Made by a program: the position numbers and the translations under genes
Assembly: GCA_964187785.1 (NCBI GenBank)
Contig: OZ076409.1
Location: forward strand, 79,672,001 to 79,736,000
Source of the DNA: Amphiscolops sp. MND2022
Lineage: Eukaryota
DNA: 64,000 bases
Direction: 5' to 3'
Notes under the pieces: generated by a model
What the model was told of the DNA's origin: nothing
Seen by the model: only the letters and a program-made list of their open reading frames with translations
The model's database searches: none
In this document: piece after piece, positions 52,828 through 64,000 of the stretch
Numbering within the stretch: the first letter of the stretch is position 1
How the letters are laid out: every line of letters starts with the position of its first letter

Positions 52828-53194
52828 ACAAGACGAAAACGTCTAGAGTCGACGCGATACTTAACGCTCAAAAAGCGCAAAAGTGTTTAAAATATGCTCA
52901 GGTATTTTAAAATATGTCAAAACATCGGGAGAAAAGTCTCACAATGCCAAAAAACGGTAAAACCAAACCTTCTGAGTTGTCTAATAACGAAAAAAGCTTT
53001 AAAAACTACGGTAACTAAAGGTGGCACCTCTTGGAAGCACTTGAGATTGCTTTCTAGTAAGGTAGGAAGGCATAGAGAAATTCCGTCAAAAGTGGACCTT
53101 TCAGTGGGAGTTCTGTGGTCTCGAGAAAAAAACTGAAATAGAAGGTAACTGTAAGAGTCGGCATTTTTTCACAAAAAGCACAGACTAGAAAAAC
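52828..53194 (-). mobile_element. Helentron/DINE-1-like copy (short)
   Basis: ACAAGACGAAAACGTCTAGAGTCGACGCG ... CAGACTAGAAAAA. Confidence 0.55.
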
Positions 53195-53229
53195 CTTGAT
53201 TCAAAAAATTGAAAGTTTCTATTCTCCTT

Positions 53230-55600
53230 TATTCATTTTCCTTGGGGCCACGAGCTCACGCCAAGCTTCGCAAATATTCAATGCTAGTGTTTCTGAACAC
53301 AACGTTGAATTCAGAAACTTGTGCTTGTCCCCCATGGAAACGCTGAGTATGACCACGGCGAAATGACAATAGATTGAGACACCTTTTTCATGGTATAGGA
53401 TTCAATTTGTCTAATATTTACATCCTCAAAGATAGAGGACCAGGTGATCAATATATGAGGATTCCCAAAACCTTGATCCCTGAATGGAATTCTACGTCCA
53501 CACCATTTAGCCTGAGACAGGGATGATCTCCACAGATTGGGGTTTTGTTTTCGTGAAAATTATTGCTTTATTTTTGTCAATTGATACTTGGATTTGATTC
53601 TCCGTTTGTTGAGCCACAGTACCAAATGATCAAGTCGTCCGCATATTCAAAGTTTTTTTGCTCTGACATTGATCGCATAGGTCAAGGTTGAAAATTATGA
53701 AGAGGATTGGATATAATACTGAATCCCGGGGGTACACCAACAGTTGCTTTGTGCTGGTCGCCCAGGAATTTTTTTCACTTTAATTTTGAATTTTCGTTCA
53801 TAAAGGAAATCTTTTATTAAACACCATATATTTCCTGTGATTCCGTGTGAATACAATTTCCACAATCTCTCGTCAACCCAAACGCTGTCGAACGCTTTCT
53901 CCTCATCCACCGTAACAGCAACTGGAATTTGCCTTGAGGACCAAACAAGTTGGATTTTGTTTAAGAGGTCAGCAGTGTATCTAGTTGTTGGTTTCCGTTT
54001 CCGGAACCCTTCTTGACGTGGGTCGTCCACGTCGTCACAATTCAGATAATGCAAAATTTCATTCTTCAAAATCCGTTCAAGCAGTTTACAAATGTAAGGG
54101 AGTTTGGTTATGGGCGATAGCTGCTTTTTTCAAGGTACGAGTTTTTCCCTGATTTATGTATAAACACAACTTCATTGTTTCTGAACGGCCATTTCCTATT
54201 TGCGAGAGCTTTGTTGAACAAGGTAAGAAGGGGTTCTTTGAGTTTCTGGTCCAGTTGTTTCAGTGCAGCTGGATGGATTCCATCCAAATCTTCGGCCTTA
54301 CTACTGGGATTTGCAGCCTTTGGGCGCTATTCAGTTATTTCATCATAGCTTTGCGTTGTATCCTCTGCGCGAGAAATGCAGTCAACTTGTTGCGTTACAT
54401 GCTGATAAAAATTATCATCAAAAGTTTTCGTTTTGAGTTGAAAAGAAGTCCTTGAAAAGAGTATCAACAATCTTTTTGTCATCCGTAACTAGTAGCCCAT
54501 TGTTGATGAAGCCTCTTATACGAGATATTGAGTGTTGACTGAAAAACTTCTTTTAATTTTTCCGGAACGTTTGGCCAGTTGGGTGATTTAGAGCTTCAGT
54601 TTCTTTTTCCAACAAATTTGCCTTAGCTTTTTGCAGTTCAAAGTTAAAGATTTCTTTGACTTGGCTCAACTTGGTGATGTTAACGGAGTCCGAACACTTC
54701 TTGGTGAGTTTTCGCAGCCTTTTCAGCTCGTACGAAAGCTGTGACAGCGTCTGGTTCCAGTATGCTTTCGAGTGCTGGCTAAAACATCTTAATGTGACAC
54801 TTTTCTGAATGGCTTCACAAATGATATCTTTCGTTATTTCCCACACACTGGCTGCATTATTGTCAGAATCTTGCCATAGGTGTTGTTTATATCACTTCGC
54901 TACTTTTAGGAAATTTTTTCCTTTTTCTAGTTACGCTTCTTTGAAATTGTGTTTGTTGGTGTAAAAAATGTCGGATAGTGTCCTCTGTTGGGGCCCCTGT
55001 GAATAGCTCCGTTTCATAGACATTTTGGGCTCTATCCGAGTCAAGCCTTCTGAAACGATACACAGGTATATCACATTGCTGCCACTATCAACACATGTGA
55101 AGGTGGGTTGCCCCTCGTTGAGAGCATGAGGATTGTTTGCTATGGTAACGTCTCCTAAACTGTTTCCACTTCTGTTATGATCGCATCACATTTGATGTCG
55201 TGAGTTGAAATTTCCCATAACTATCAATTCTATCAATGGTGTTCTTCCAGGCATGCCTGGGCAGCAGTTATACATCTAATGAGTGCATCTTCACTTTCAC
55301 GGAAGTTTGGTCTGTCGTATACGCTACCAAATAGAAAGTTTAGTTGAAAATTTTCAGTATACACCAAGTTTCGTCGAGATTTCGACACTTGAACCCTGCA
55401 ATTTTGGTCGACAAGGGTCACGTTCACTGCAATAGCTGGTTCACCTAGTCTCGTCGTAATTGAACTTCTGCTTTAGTGATGTAAATTTTGGATGGAAGAC
55501 TGTAATAATAATGCATCCTTCTTTGTTTCTGTGATAGCTGTGAAGTCAACTTTGTTTAGGTTCAATATTATAAATATATTAATCTACCCAACAAATAAAT
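53230..55600 (-). pseudogene. Decayed LINE (APE + RT)
   Basis: QEGFRKRKPT, DEEKAFDSVW and YADDLIIW, with endonuclease-like remnants toward 55500. Confidence 0.8.
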
Positions 55601-55989
55601 CAAAAATTTCTTTGTCCGAGAAGCCACTATTTGCTGGCCATGATTTACATGTATGATGAAATATAAAAGTTAGAGAATAAAAAGTAAAGATGTTTATAAA
55701 CATAATACCCATAAACATAATAAATTAAAGAACAGGATAGGGGGTATTCTTTCCTCATTGGATAGATAGTCATGGGGTCTCGGGTAAAGACCCCCCAGCC
55801 CAGTGACGCCCCATCCGCTCCCTCCTCTAATTGCTGGGACCCTTAGTTGGAAGTAAAAAAGACATAAATTGACAATGACTGAGTTTAGGTTCAAACTGAA
55901 AGGACGCTAACTACAATGACTGAATAACAAGCAAAAAATGGGTGGAAAATTCTTGATATTTTCCTATTTGGTATGAATTTCAGGGCTCA

Positions 55990-58660
55990 TTCCGTTTCCC
56001 TTCGAATTGGGAGAGGGGAATAAGATCTAAAGAAAAAGATCTTAAATAAGATCTAAAATTGTGACATGCTCAACTTCGAAAATGAGAATAAGGGGAAACG
56101 GAAATCGGACTAAAGAAATAGAACTAATGGAATTAGGACTATCATGCTCAAAATCTCTGAAACGTTCATGTGAAATAGAACTAATTTCGTATTTTCTACA
56201 ACAGGAATTAGAACTAATTCGTTACGGGAATTGGAACTCAAAACAGGACTTAGAACTAATTCGTTACGGGAATTGGAACTAAAAAAGTGGGAATAAGACC
56301 TTAAATGCGGAATGAGACCCAAGGGGAGAACGGAATAGTATCTAAAGGAATAATATATAATGTTTTTCAAAGTATAAACGTGCCTCTGATATTTCACCAT
56401 TTGCTCTAGTGCACCGCGGCCCCATGGGGCCGCTTATGTTCCCATCTTGCGAAGCGAGGTCGAACAGGAGCAAAGACCTAGCGAGAACGGAGATCGCGAA
56501 GCGATCGTAGTGGGAGCTGGTCTTTGCGACGGTGGGGGCGAGCGTGCATACACCGAATATGCCCCATAGAAGGGGAAAGTACTGAAAATTTTGTGAGACA
56601 TTTACGAAAGGTAAACTTTTATTTTTGAATGAAATGATTCAAGATCCGACTATTTTATAAAATCAAGGGGAGGAAAAATAATGATTGTATCAATTTTATG
56701 TTGATCAATTGATTTACGTTACTTTTGTACTTTTTTCATGTTCCACGTTTCCAATTTGCATTTTGTACCATGTTTTTATCAGCTTCTGCGTTTTTTTGTT
56801 GTACTACTTTTATGTTCGATGTTCACAACTGAACATGTCGTGATTTTGTCAATTTGATCTGCGTAATTGCAAATTTTGCGTGCCAAAAGTTGTTTTAGTC
56901 CTATTTCAATAGTCCTATTTCCATTAGTTCTAAGGCGGCACTAAAAAATAATTAGTTCTATTTCCATTAGTCCTATTTCAGTTTTGATAATTAGTCCTAT
57001 TCTATTTGATTAGTCGGAATTCCTGTCTCCCGGGAATAAGATCTAAAATGTTACATCTTATTCCCTTCAGATCTTATTGTTTAGAGAAGGGGAATAAGAT
57101 CTAAAATGAATTTATTTTAGATCTTATTCCCTTCAGATCTTATTCCCGTCCTGAAATTTTAGATTTTATTCCCGTCCTGAAATTGTAGATCTTATTCCCT
57201 TTAGATCTTATTACGCTTCTTGACTTTAGATCTTATTCCCACTCTACTCCGAATTTCGTTGAAGTCCTTCACTCCTCGAGCAAAATTTCGTTTGTTCTCA
57301 CATAGACTTAGAAAAACCATGTAAGATTGGTCAAATTCAGTTATTTTCAAATGCGCATAATTGATTACAATTAGTGCCTTCCTGAGTAATCGATGAAATG
57401 ATATATATTGTCCATTAGAAGGAGTATGGCATCTAGGGTGAGATCTCGTGCTGACAAGTCGAGAGACAAAGATAAAGGTATGCTCTTTATGACTTTCTAT
57501 TCTTGGTTTTTAGTACACCTGATATCAGTCGCTCATTTGGACATATTTGGTTTCAATACTTGCGTTCTAAAGCCCTGAAACGAAGATATTGACATGCTAA
57601 GTTCTGACTGACATCTGAAATTGAGATTTGTTCAGTGGTCTAAGATTCAATCAATAGGGTTCTGATTTGTCCGAATCAAAGTTCTATAGTTTTTTTCGGG
57701 GGAGCGGAATAAGACCTAAATTGAAATCGGGAACAAGACCTAACATGCTTCGCAATTTTCAAAAATAAGATCTAATAGCGGAATAAAACCTAAAAACCGG
57801 AACATGGCCTAAAAAAGTGGGAATAAGACCCAAAAACGGTAATAAGACATAAAATGCGGAATACGACCTATAACGTCGAATGAGACCCAAGGGGAGAACG
57901 GAATAGTGTTTAAAGGAATATTATCTGAAGTATAAAACGTGCCTCTGATATTTCCCCATTTTCTCTAGTGCCTTGGGTCCGCTTATGTTCCATTCTTGCT
58001 AAGCGAGGTCGAACAAAAGCAAAGACCTAGCGGTAACGGAGATCGCGAAGCGTTTAATGTCCGTTTTGTTTCAGCAAGAAATATATGTCTTCTTTGCTTT
58101 GTTGCACATGACGAAGTCAATGTTAATCGTTACCATTTCACGAGCATCAATGAGTTTCTGTATTGAGAGTTGTCCTGAGTCCATTGAACTATCTGGTTGC
58201 ACGATCTCGTTTCTTAATTTTTTATGTTTCCTGTGTTGGGTGGATTTTTTTTGTCTGCCGCCCGGGCTGGGGGCACATGATGAATAAAGAAGCGTTTTGT
58301 TTAAAAAACTCCTATTGATGACGACGACCCAATTCTGATGAATAGAAAAAAAATAAAATGATTTGAGATCTGACTATTTTATAAAATCGTTATGGGGGAA
58401 AAGCAATTAATGATTGTGAAATTTGTTATTTAACGGTTATTTGTGTTCATTGCCTCAATTTCCTCTGCTGGAGATTTTTTCTGAACCTTTAATAAATTCT
58501 AGCTTCAAATGTTTTAGGTCTTATTCCGTATTTTAGGCCTTATTCCCGTTTTTAGGTCTTATTCCACTGCTTTTCGGTTTTAGGTCTTATTCCCTTAGGT
58601 CTTATTCCTTTTGAAATTTTAGGTCTTGGTTCTTAGGTCTTATTCCCGGTCACCTTTTAT
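55990..58660. mobile_element. Cluster of non-autonomous DNA elements with modular (foldback-like) inverted ends
   Basis: Left ends are built of GAATAAGA(T/C)CTAA units and right ends of TTAG(A/G)TCTTATTC units. The shared core occurs at ~56310-56510 and ~57880-58052. There is also an inner AATAGAACTA/TAGTCCTATT inverted set at 56100-57030. Confidence 0.6.
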
Positions 58661-60899
58661 TCGTTCTTCAAGACTCTGATTCAAGACTTCCATCACGCCG
58701 GAAAACTTAGCGTAGGTTACTTGATGATCCGTCAGCAGCATTAACCCTTCAGGAACCTCTTCAAGTAGTGTAGACCCTCTCGAATTTGTTAAGAGTAAAC
58801 TCTATCATAAATCAGCAAAATTCATATATTTCGTTGGTAATTACAAAATATTCAATTGCAAATAAGGATAAAAATATATATTTCGTTTTTAAGAATGAAG
58901 ACATATAGAAATGATTTCTAAAACGATGATCGAAACTAATCATGCTGGCTGACTTGCTTGGCAATGATATAATAGAAATTGAGGAAATTTCGAAAATGTA
59001 GATGCGGATCAATATGGAACGCTTTTAATTTTACTTCGGTTCTCTTAAGAAATTGCTAAGCACTGGAAAAGTGCTACGCTGATAGTTTCCCTCATACTAT
59101 CAGAATGGGCGTTGGTTCAATTTCATTCACTCGCTTCGACTTCAGTGGTATACAACGACGAGCTGCAGTAAGAAGTAAGGTCTAAAGCCAAGTCATGTTC
59201 AGTCATGGTCATTTCCCATCTTGTTACATTGAATTTTAAATCTTATTTCATTAATGTTATTCCCGAAACATTTTTAGACGTTATTCGCGCCTCTAATCTA
59301 CAACGACTTATGTAGAGAATGCTGTTCAGTTTCGTTCCGATGTATCACACGGCTCCAGTTTATGTCTCATTTCTTTTGTCACGATCAGGCTAGCGAGTCG
59401 TTTTGTTGCTTTGGTCGCCGATGGGCCTGCGCATCCGGTGCATGAGTAATTGTTTAAGGATACCATGAAGAGAGAGGAGCCGGTAAAAAGACAATTTTTA
59501 AATGATAGCTTCTGGAAATTGAATCGAATTTTTCTTGGGGCTCAAGTTGACGCTACTTAAGGAGGTCCCGGACGATACCACACTACTTAAGAACCACCAC
59601 CTCGTTTCTTCCTGAGGCGGAGACTGCATTTTGCCATTTCATGAGTACTAAGTTGATTCTTGATTTTCTGAGATCTTGGTCGGACAAATTCCAAGTTTGA
59701 GACAAATTCCTGAATTTGAGAAATTTTGGACGATAGATTCTAAAAACAACTCCCCGAATCTCTTGGCGGGAGTTTTCTGATATGCTAAAAGGCTCTTACA
59801 GAAGTTTCTTGATTGATTAATCCTAATTGCGAAGATCTACAAAGACTAACGTTATATAAACTATCATTTGATCATTACTCTCAAATATCTGGGAATTTGA
59901 ACATGAAAGGTTTGCTGTCGACTCGAAATGTTTTTTTTTTAAAAAAACTAAGACCTAGATGGTACCAGAGTTCGAATTATACTGTCAATTTTTGTCAATG
60001 CTACACAGTACGCCTTAATGCGTTTCCATTGGAAGGACGGCTACATACTCAATTTTAGGGTACTCCAATAATGGAATTCAATAAAAGGGACGTTGACATC
60101 ATGAGTTCGCGCAGATAGCGAAGTTGAACTAAAAATTTTTCTTCTCCCAACATTATGCGTGTTTCATACAAATGGTTTTCTTGGACACTTTTCCCCTCGT
60201 CACGATTTGTTTCTGGCTTATGACGAGTAACTAGTTGAAGGTAGGTCAATGAAAAAGATATTTTGGAGACATTTTGCCATATGAATTAGGTATCCCAAAA
60301 TGAAATCAACGTGAGAATTACTTTAACATTTCGGTAAAGTACCGCATGCGAGCGGGAAGGAATGTCATGGTCTTACGAGTAGCTGCGAGTTAGTTGATTA
60401 ATGTATGTTAAAGTCAACATATAGTTATGCGGTTGTGTTGATGGATGAATTAGTAGTTGTCAAAAATTTTCATCTTTCACCCGAAAACGCTAATGAATTC
60501 AATTCGCGGTGCAAAGTGTGATCGACTTGAAGTTGTAGCAAAGATTTATCAGTAAGATACATCAGACAAGAATCAAAGAACTAATTTTGAAAACGAAATT
60601 CATCATCTCATCTGGCCAGATGTTGAATCCGAACTGACAAAAGTTTTCTGAATGTTGCTCGCTGGTGAAAAATGTCACGATGAGCGAGCCTCGCGGAATA
60701 TTAAAGAAATGTAAAGTTGTCGAATATTTACAGAGCGCTACACAGGTACAACTAACTATCAGAAAAGCGTCGGTTGTAACTGAAATGCTAAGTTATTTGT
60801 TACTGTTAAATCATTTTTTAAATGGCACTTTGTTAGAGGTGATTTTTCCAAGACCACGAACTGACAATTTTTATGAATTTTGCGAAATCGTAGATGCAT

Positions 60900-60973
60900 G
60901 ACCCGACTGTCTAGTTGGTAGGGCGTTTGCTGGGGAAGCAGGAAGACGTGGGTTCCAGTCCCGCTCGGCGACC
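60900..60973 (+). pseudogene. tRNA-like sequence (tRNA pseudogene or SINE head)
   Basis: A-box-like TCTAGTTGGTAG, stem-loop TTGC-TGGGGAA-GCAG and T-arm GTGGG-TTCCAGT-CCCGC. The acceptor stem is imperfect. Confidence 0.45.
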
Positions 60974-60975
60974 TA

Positions 60976-61388
60976 TTTTTAGTCGGCGCATTTTAACAAA
61001 ATGAGCCCGACTATTACAGTGTCAAGTTTTTTTTCGTCAGATAACAAAATGTATGCGTAGTGGACACTTTTTACAGAACTACTAAACTACTGGACCGGCA
61101 AACGTAAACGCATCTAAGTTAGTGCAATGTGTTCCCCTTTCATTTTCTCCCTTTTTAACTTGAGATACAAAACCGGACGAGACTATAAGGTCCCCCCTTT
61201 GATTTTTTTCGGCACTGTGCGACTTTTTTCATTTTTTTGTCTCCAAAGGGTCCCCCATCATTTTTTTGATATTTTGCAATAAACTAGATTTTCAAAAAGC
61301 CGAAAGGGTTCCCCGTTTTACACTTTTAAAAGCTTTGCGCTTTTTGAGCCTTAGATCAATCGCCGACTTTAGACAATCCAGCCTTGTT
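60976..61388 (+). mobile_element. Helentron/DINE-1-like copy
   Basis: TTTTTAGTCGGCGC...GAGCCCGACT ... CGCCGACTTTAGAC. Closely similar to the copy at 49621. Confidence 0.65.
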
Positions 61389-63145
61389 TTATATTTTTGA
61401 ATTGAAATAAACAAATTGAGTTTTCGGAAATAGCGCATATAGAGTTATGTAATCTAGATATGACGTCAAAAATTCGGATCTGACGAATACTTTCTCGGCG
61501 TTTTGCCATACGGAGGGACGGAGTTAGAATCTGACTAGCGCTGAATTTTGACCTTTTCGAACTGAGTTTGATTTTTTCGAATATGACGTATTTAATTCTT
61601 TAAAATATAGCATAGAATCACATTTGAATGCTCGTCCGGGCTTCGATTTTCTTAAATTTTTTCCAGACAGAGGAACTGACAGGTTTTATAAGGCAGTTGT
61701 TTAGTAAATTGTATCTTCTACTATCACTTGGCACAGAGGTTAATCCGGATTTTTGCAGTCTGAGAAGCAGAAGGACGTTGGTTCGAGTCTCGCACTTGTC
61801 CGAATTTTTTAATGCTTGTTTCCGCTTTGTGAGACTTTTTCTCGAAAATTTGTCAATGTCTCCAAAAGGTCCCCTCTTCAATTTTTTTGATATTTTGCAA
61901 CAAATTGGATTTTCGAAAAGCCCAAAGTGTCCCCCTTTAAAATTTTTTGTCAGTGTGAGTTTTCAAAATGACGTTTTTCCGTCTTGAAATTAGGTTTTCT
62001 CAGTGGCTCAGCACGCTTTATCTGAACGGCATTTTTTCTATGCGACTTTTTTATAATTCGTTTTTATCGAAACCCCCCTCGATTTTTATTAGAAACGAAA
62101 CATTTTGCGAGAATAAAGGACTCCATAGGATTTTCGGCACTATGCGACTTGCCGGAGACCTTCACTTTTTGGTACTATCGGATTGTTTCAAAATTATTGC
62201 GCTATATCCGAACTTTGACGTTATATCCGAAGTAAATTGCGTTCTATTTAGGGAGGCGGATGTTCGAAAAAACTCTCCCATTTGTTCCAACACAGTATAT
62301 CCAAATTTTGACACTGTATCCGAAAAAAATGCGCTTTACTGAGGAGGAAACCAAGGTTTGAGAAAAGCGCTTCCATGTGGCCCAGCAGGCTATATTTAAT
62401 CGGCACTGCGATTTTTGAAAGTTCTTGACAGCAGCAGCTTAAAACATGAAAATTTGAATTTTTCTACATGATCCAAGTCTTTTATGGCATTTTGGGTGAG
62501 TGGAAAGGCAACAGTCTTTTTACGCTACTATCAGCTGGTTAGAAGCATAAGCGAAAAAAAAGTTGCTTCAATTTTTGACGAGTTTTCCGCTGTTGTATTT
62601 TAGAGTTGTTTCCTACAACTTTTTCCAGATTCGTAGTTAAGGCCTACAGCAAGGCACAGTTATAATTAAGAGTAGAACTTTTCATAGCTGTTCGGTCCAT
62701 ATATTTTCAAGAGTCTATATGTTGTCCTCCTAATTCACGCCGTTAGACTGAAAACGTGAAGACTAATGGAGCAACTGCCGATCTCAGGGTGACGCAATAA
62801 TGGTAGTAGGGTGTCAAGCTTATCGAGGTGGAATTAAAAAATTGAAAAAAAACTAAAATTAGGAATCGAATTTTCAAAACTATTCTTGATGGTAAAGAAA
62901 AAGAATAGTTTTAATTAATTCGAAGATTGAAGAATTTTTGTAACCCAAAAATGGAATCGAATGTTTTATTCAAGTAAGTTGAAAGGAAAACTTGCAGAAA
63001 AACTTTACTTGCCCAAAAATTTTTTATTGAACTGCAAATAGGTAACGCTACAAAAAAATATTCGAAAGTTGAAAAATCTGAATTGTATGGATTGTTTCAT
63101 TTTAAAAATTACTGATTTTTAGTAGTCGGAAAAAACTTTCGACTA

Positions 63146-63700
63146 CTTATGCAATCGTGCCGTTTTTCTCTCCCGACCTTTTCATGAAAATTTCAAATTT
63201 CTCAAAAACTGTCCATACGATTTTCATAAAATTTTGCACAGTCATTCTACACCCAAAGGGGCCCCTGCGTGCGCAAAGGCATCAAAATCGTTTGACTGGA
63301 TTGTAAGAAACATAGCCAAAATTAGCCCAAAAATGGCCAAAATAGCCCAAAAACAGCAATTTTTCGACTTTTTTCGATTTTCTCAAAAACTGTCCATACG
63401 ATTCGAACGAAATTTTGTACAGTCCTTCTACACTATATTATAGTCCTTTGTGTGTAATTTCATTAAATTCGTATTGCTGGGATGTGAGAAACATAGCCAA
63501 ATTAACCCAAATTTAGCCCAAAAACAGCCATTTTTCAACTGTCCATACGATTCGAACGAAAATTTCTACAGTCATTTTCTACACCATAGTATGGTCCTAT
63601 GTGTGCAATTTCAATAAATTCGTATGACTGGGATTGGAGCGAGTCAGAAGGAAAAAAGACCTAAGCCGACTCCTTTACCGCATATGCGGCTCTGGTTTCA
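63146..63700 (+). repeat. Interspersed repeat with ~3 internal 150-180-bp units and a terminal hairpin
   Basis: AACTGTCCATACGATT at ~63207, 63388 and 63537. CCGCATATGCGG hairpin near the end. Confidence 0.5.
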
Positions 63701-63752
63701 TTTTGCAAGTCAGATCGAATTTTAAATGTAGTAATTTTGAATAAAATTTCAG

Positions 63753-64000
63753 GAGGGCCTACAGCGAACAAAGACACGGTTGCCACTTCCAATACTACAA
63801 ATGAGATCGTAGCTGGAAAGTTTTCTGAAAATGAGTGGAACTTATTACTACAAGAAGAGGAGCATGAGTCTTTCTGTGCCGGAGTTCTGGAAGAACTTCT
63901 CCAGAAAACCATGGACCAATGCTATCAGAAGTACATTGAAAGACAACTGCTTCCTTTTACGGTAGAAACCGCAAAACAAGCTCTGTTGGAAATTGTGGAG
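63753..64000 (+). CDS. C2orf81: Host exon, C2orf81 / DUF4639-like protein (runs off the window end)
   Basis: TTTCAG acceptor at 63752. EIVAGKFSENEW...CYQKYIERQLLPFTVETAKQALLEIVE resembles the recalled vertebrate C2orf81 segment DIVPGRLSEAEW...[23 protein letters not shown]. Confidence 0.8.

Overview
AT-rich eukaryotic (probably animal) genomic DNA made up mostly of nested transposable elements, with host genes only at the two edges. The left edge has a spliced membrane-protein gene and the right edge has a C2orf81/DUF4639-like exon. The centrepiece is a complete 15.8-kb Ty3/Gypsy LTR retrotransposon (16795-32594, ~1.77-kb LTRs, 5-bp TSD ATCAA) with three unusual properties. (1) Between pol and the 3' LTR it carries an antisense, multi-exon gene with GT-AG introns, most of them phase-compatible. 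The product has a BED/TTF-type zinc finger and looks like a catalytically dead hAT-type transposase. (2) The LTRs, 3' UTR, antisense-gene introns and polyprotein linkers are studded with a fixed-geometry motif, GATG-N7-GATG, often as the 39-bp palindrome GATG-N7-GATG-N9-CATC-N7-CATC. The same motif is arrayed at ~60-bp spacing in a diverged relative's solo LTR. (3) Gag begins inside the LTR and reads through the PBS. An LTR-borne ORF ending in the same codon phase occurs in three other LTR families here. Points 1 and 2 together suggest a retrotransposon-encoded DNA-binding protein plus cognate binding-site system; this is inference. The window also holds a decayed BEL/Pao element, solo LTRs, LINE remnants, a Tc1 element, MITEs, Helentron-like repeats and two abutting large palindromes. 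All alignments, counts and family assignments were made by eye, without database searches.
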